From a virus: 64,000 nt of DNA. Numbering within the stretch: the first letter of the stretch is position 1; every line of letters begins with the position of its first letter. The translations under genes were made by a program, and so were the position numbers. This document shows positions 59,849 to 64,000 of the stretch, piece by piece. The notes beneath the pieces were generated by a model that was not told the origin of the DNA, ran no database searches, and saw only the letters and a program-made list of their open reading frames with translations. Where the stretch lies: positions 61,095 through 125,094 of the IMG/VR virus record IMGVR_UViG_2808606540_000001; one strand, given 5' to 3'.

Positions 59849-60853
59849 ATGACAATTGAAAAGAATATGCTGAGGGATAGAGCTAAAAGAATGCCTGATG
59901 TAACTGATGAGATGTGGAAACTTGTGAATCAGGAATATAGAGAATTAGTGGAAGAGTACATATCTGTCCAATCCCATTCTCCTGCCACTAAGAAGCAGTA
60001 TATCAGTGGTCTTAGACAGTTTGGATACTATGTCTATAGTTCAATGAACAACAAACCATTCCATAAAATTACTAAGCGTGACTTTATGAGATACATGAGT
60101 TTTCTTAGAGATGATAGAAAAATGTCACCTAGTGGTATTGGTTTCAAGAAAGCATGTGTATCAAGTCTGTGTAATTATATAGAGAATGTAATTGTGGGAG
60201 AAGAAGACTTTAAGCATTATGATTTGTTCAGAAACTTTACAAGAGGACTACCTGCTATTCCCAAATCAAGTGTCTATGAAAAAGTTAAAATTTCTTACGA
60301 TGAATATAAAGAAATGATGCAAGTTCTTGAAAGTGATGAAAACTATTTAGGCATGGCTTGGTTAGCCACAGCATTCAACGTAGGAGCAAGAAGATCCGAA
60401 ATCATTCAATTCAAAACTGAAATAACAAAATATGATTTTCCTGAAGAGTCAACTTTCATATATAGTCACAATGTACGCTTAAAAGGCAGAGGCATTGATG
60501 GCAAAGTGGAGCCTTATATGGTGAATCGAGAAGCTTTACAGTATATAAATCTTTGGCTAGAGAAACGTGGATATGACCATGAATACATATTTACAACTAA
60601 GTATGACGGTAAGATTGAACAGATGTCATCTGGTTGGGCTAATTATTTCTGCTCAAATGTGTTGTCAGACATATTGGGACGTAGGATCAATCCTCACTTA
60701 TTTAAAGCTAGCTGTGTAACTTTCTTATTGGAACAAGGAATTAAGCTTGAGCTTGTCTCCAAGTATGTAGCCCACCATGAGCAGGTCGGCACAACGATAG
60801 CTCATTATGACTTACGTGACTTTGAAGAAGAAAAGAATCAAATCTTTAAATAA
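59849..60853 (+). CDS. yomM: Tyrosine recombinase family protein (YomM-like)
   Basis: GARRSE (R), KGRG (K), PHLFK (HxxK), AHH, AHYD (Y); SPbeta-type position in the tail region. Confidence 0.75.
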   Translation: MTIEKNMLRDRAKRMPDVTDEMWKLVNQEYRELVEEYISVQSHSPATKKQYISGLRQFGYYVYSSMNNKPFHKITKRDFMRYMSFLRDDRKMSPSGIGFKKACVSSLCNYIENVIVGEEDFKHYDLFRNFTRGLPAIPKSSVYEKVKISYDEYKEMMQVLESDENYLGMAWLATAFNVGARRSEIIQFKTEITKYDFPEESTFIYSHNVRLKGRGIDGKVEPYMVNREALQYINLWLEKRGYDHEYIFTTKYDGKIEQMSSGWANYFCSNVLSDILGRRINPHLFKASCVTFLLEQGIKLELVSKYVAHHEQVGTTIAHYDLRDFEEEKNQIFK

Positions 60854-60984
60854 TATTCAACTTTTATTTGAATCAGTACAGCTGAGTTTATCGGCTGACT
60901 GCTTGAAATTGAAGTAACAATGCCTCCCATTTATCTACAACAAATCTCCTATAATTCTCGAAATATGGTAAAATATAGAGAAGA

Positions 60985-61650
60985 ATGGGAGGGGGAAATC
61001 AAGTGACTGTTAATTATGCTGAGGTTAGAAGAGTAATAAGCAACCTAAGTAATAAGGGTATCAAAAGCGTGAGTCATCATGATATTGTGAATAATAAGAG
61101 TCCATTCCTAGAAAAGTATTCTAATTTCCTTGATGATTTATCTGCCTATGATGTGGCTAGCATTATTCACGATATGGGACACTGGGAAAAATTCAAATAC
61201 CCTAGCACCAAGCCCTATAAGTACAATAGAAGAGATATTGTTTTTGTAAATTTAGGATCTAACAACATTGGCTATGAAGCCTCTTATAGACATCCTTGTA
61301 TAATATATCAAAATGGTTATAATGATGCACTCGTAATACCTTGTTCCACTGGAAGGTATCATGTGAAAAATGAGTACATTTTAAAGGGAGAAAGAACAGA
61401 CGGATTTAATGAAAAAACTGGGATTCAATTAGATAAATTAAGGGTAATAGATAAACACAGAATCGAAGGAAAAGTATTGGGTAGAGTAAGTAATAAGAAA
61501 TTTAATGAAATTACAAATCAAATTATTGAACTTTACTTCTCACCTGTTAAGAAGAAAATAGACAAGCTTGAATTAGAAAAGTCTCAATTAATGCTGGAAA
61601 TTGGAATTTTAAAAGCTGAAAAAGAAAAACTTATAGCTGATAAAAGTTAA
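60985..61650 (+). CDS. MazF/PemK-family endoribonuclease-like protein with N-terminal extension and C-terminal coiled coil
   Basis: RRDIVFVNLG..IGYE....HPCII...VIPCST...QLDKLRVIDKHRI...LGRV. Confidence 0.8.
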   Translation: MGGGNQVTVNYAEVRRVISNLSNKGIKSVSHHDIVNNKSPFLEKYSNFLDDLSAYDVASIIHDMGHWEKFKYPSTKPYKYNRRDIVFVNLGSNNIGYEASYRHPCIIYQNGYNDALVIPCSTGRYHVKNEYILKGERTDGFNEKTGIQLDKLRVIDKHRIEGKVLGRVSNKKFNEITNQIIELYFSPVKKKIDKLELEKSQLMLEIGILKAEKEKLIADKS

Positions 61651-61653
61651 GTA

Positions 61654-61782
61654 TTGACTTTACTTACAATAATTTGTTATTATTGACTTAAGATATTGAA
61701 GCGCCTAGTAGCGCATAGCCATATTTTTATATGGATTTTTGAAGGATTAGACCTTTCACTACCCATGTGAGAGGTCTTTTTC
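61654..61782 (+). ncRNA. Candidate small RNA (about 90 nt) with own promoter and terminator downstream of the mazF-like gene
   Basis: TTGACT-18-TATTAT with extended TG (61654-61683); hairpins gcgc/gcgc and ccatat/atatgg; terminator agacctttcac/gtgagaggtct-TTTT; no ORF. Confidence 0.5.
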
Positions 61783-61866
61783 ATTGTCTAAACTTAATAC
61801 TCCACAAATTAAAACACACTTCCCTCTTCCCTACTCTGGGTTGAAGGAGTGTGTTTTTTGTTGTGG

Positions 61867-62235
61867 TTATTTATCGCCTTTGGGATCGTTTAAAGCTTTC
61901 TTATATTGATCCTCTTTGAAGTTTGTAGTATTTCTTCTCTTAGGTGACGGAGTATTTAAATCAACTTCATAAGGATTATATACCTCTTTACCGGCGTACT
62001 TTACTGCTGGCTGTGAAGGTTGATTGTACTCATCTCTTGGAATTCCTTGTGATCCTAGTGTACGTTGTTGGTCACGTTGGATGCCGTTCTTTGATTCTAT
62101 AACATGCGACTCCAATAGATTAACTACATAATTACTTAGACTGCGATTTTCCTTAGCAGCAAGTTCCTTAAGCTCATTCTTTACTTTCTTAGGAATGATA
62201 ACAGTCAAACGATCATTATCTGCTGATATGCTCAT
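61867..62235 (-). CDS. Ribbon-helix-helix DNA-binding protein
   Basis: RLTVIIPKKVKNELKELAAKENRSLSNYVVNLL. Confidence 0.8.
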   Translation of the reverse strand: MSISADNDRLTVIIPKKVKNELKELAAKENRSLSNYVVNLLESHVIESKNGIQRDQQRTLGSQGIPRDEYNQPSQPAVKYAGKEVYNPYEVDLNTPSPKRRNTTNFKEDQYKKALNDPKGDK

Positions 62236-62434
62236 TAAATCCCTCCGACCAATTACACTAATGTATCTTACTTATAAGTAATTATAATGGATTAACTTTT
62301 TAGTTTCCACACCTTTTATAAACCTTTTAAAAATATTTTCATATATTGGTTGACAAAAGGTTTATAAACCCTTTATTATGATATTACAAACCAAGACGAC
62401 AACTTAGACAACATAATATTGAGGAGGAATTTAA

Positions 62435-62641
62435 ATGGTTGATGTACACGGCAAGTTAGAATTGGACGTTTCCCTTCCCTCTAAGTTTAATGATGATACT
62501 TTAGCAATGCTTGATGTGAATTATAGGCTACATCCAGATTTGATAGTTAGCTATAAAGTAATTGCTACAGACAGCAAAGGTAATGAGATTGAATTGGATT
62601 GCCATAGTGGAAAAGTAACACTCGATGAGGTTACTGATTAA
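62435..62641 (+). CDS. Small hypothetical protein divergent from the RHH gene
   Basis: GAGGAGG RBS; TTGACA promoter overlapping the palindrome GGTTTATAAACC. Confidence 0.65.
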   Translation: MVDVHGKLELDVSLPSKFNDDTLAMLDVNYRLHPDLIVSYKVIATDSKGNEIELDCHSGKVTLDEVTD

Positions 62642-62815
62642 TAAGATTGATAAATTGATAGCTGATGAGGCTACATATTGGATTGTTTGTATCTTGTGAG
62701 TGCGGTTATAGACTGATCATCTATAATTAGCACCCTTCCCTGCTTTGCACTCACAAGTTTCTTTTATATTCTTTTATATGAGGAAGGAAAACTGACTTGG
62801 GAAGGTGATTGGGAA

Positions 62816-64000
62816 ATGGGTAAATTAGATGGAATACTGAGATATAATCAAGAAAAGAAATTAGACTTAGATTATTTAAGAAGAATATTTATATTAAAAA
62901 AATATCTATTGCTTACTACGGAGTATGTGGGGAACAAACAAAAACTTGACTTTGTATGTTCAAAGCACCCAGAATTAAAAACTCAAACAACTAATGCAGT
63001 CAGATTGAGGAAAATCACGCATAACTGCTTGGCTTGTCAGAAAGAAAGTAAACTTGAAAATAGCTTACTGGCTGTATCAAATATAGATATTATTGAAACA
63101 TACAAAGCTATTCTGTCAGGCAAGTTGAAAACTTTCCCTAAAGGATTTTTTCAACATTATTCTTTAAAAGACCTTAAAGGCTTGGTCAATTATTACATTA
63201 GTGTGGCAAAGAATGAAACAGATGATATAGCTAAAATTGTATCTCATGATATGTTAAGAAAGTATAAGTTAAGTGGATTATTGAAGGAAAATAGTAATTT
63301 TGAAATCTTAGATCTTGTCTATCCTAACTTATTTAAGCCTTGGGAACTTTCTTCTTGCCCACCTAAATTTTGGAACAATGAAGATAATGTTAGAGAGGCT
63401 TCTATATGGTTCTATCAAAAATTGTTAGAAGACAAAGTAATTAATTCAGAAGAGGAAATCTTAACAATTAAAAACTACGGAGTCCTTTTTAAGAAATATA
63501 AATTAGATGGATTATTTTATACAAGATTCAGCTCTAGTCACTATGGGTTTTGGAATTATTTATTTCCAAATAAGTGGTTAGAGTGGGAATATTGCCATAC
63601 TCCCAAACACTATTGGGAAAATCCAGAGAATCGAATAAAAGCCCTCAAAGAGTTAATTGAATTAAAATTGAATATGTCTATTTCCAATATCCCAAATGAA
63701 TTTTCGTATTCTCTTTTGGTAAAACAGCATAGGAAATTTGCAGCTATTTGTGATATATACTATTCCTCAAGTCTATTTCAATGGATTAATGAGTGTTACC
63801 CTAATACTTTCACTGACAGTGATTTCTATCAAAATATTGGTATAGATGGCACTAAATTGGACTCTAAAGCTGAAGTAAAAATTCATGACATATTTATTAA
63901 AAATAATTTAAAAGTAACTTACTTTGAAAATAAAATAGCTAACATAGGTAATTTTGTAAATGAAGATCATAAGGAAAGTTACATTCCTGATTGGATTATT
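62816..64000 (+). CDS. Partial DUF4046-like repeat endonuclease-like protein, paralog of 24711-26060
   Basis: Hand translation: open from ATG 62816 to the window end; YPNLFKPWE...FW, YWENPENRIKALKEL, LDSKAEVKIHD, YIPDWII. Confidence 0.7.
   Translation, partial: MGKLDGILRYNQEKKLDLDYLRRIFILKKYLLLTTEYVGNKQKLDFVCSKHPELKTQTTNAVRLRKITHNCLACQKESKLENSLLAVSNIDIIETYKAILSGKLKTFPKGFFQHYSLKDLKGLVNYYISVAKNETDDIAKIVSHDMLRKYKLSGLLKENSNFEILDLVYPNLFKPWELSSCPPKFWNNEDNVREASIWFYQKLLEDKVINSEEEILTIKNYGVLFKKYKLDGLFYTRFSSSHYGFWNYLFPNKWLEWEYCHTPKHYWENPENRIKALKELIELKLNMSISNIPNEFSYSLLVKQHRKFAAICDIYYSSSLFQWINECYPNTFTDSDFYQNIGIDGTKLDSKAEVKIHDIFIKNNLKVTYFENKIANIGNFVNEDHKESYIPDWII

Overview
This is an AT-rich 64-kb segment of a large temperate Bacillaceae siphophage or prophage of the SPbeta-like type. 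(1) 1-1.9 kb is an arbitrium locus: aimR, an unannotated 49-aa aimP ending ...MLDPGQGTRPPG, a terminator, and a Cys-rich ORF at the aimX position. (2) 2-24.5 kb is a minus-strand array of small accessory genes (AbiTii, DUF5677/HEPN-like, orphan XRE proteins, HEXXH protease, adenine methyltransferase plus LPD29 polyvalent protein, RepL-like). Between 2.4 and 11.9 kb many gene junctions carry a 16-bp TAAAA-N6-TTTYA palindrome registered on the stop codon, which suggests a gene-cassette array. (3) 26-37.6 kb holds a 1.2-kb non-coding region with six 22-bp iteron-like repeats, then a plasmid-like module: wHTH initiator-like gene, RecD2, FtsK/SpoIIIE translocase, VirB6-like and pilin-like membrane proteins, M23 peptidase, a GGTAA repeat cluster, and a TubZ/RepX-like tubulin with a wHTH partner. 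(4) 38-60.9 kb has the YonO-type RNA polymerase and the SPbeta-like late cluster (HU, PhoH, terminase, portal, capsid, head-tail and tail genes, YomM-like recombinase). (5) 61-64 kb has an orphan MazF/PemK-like gene followed by a separately promoted small RNA candidate, an RHH regulator, and a truncated endonuclease-like ORF. All family assignments come from motif recognition and synteny, without database searches. No tRNA, rRNA or CRISPR array was seen.
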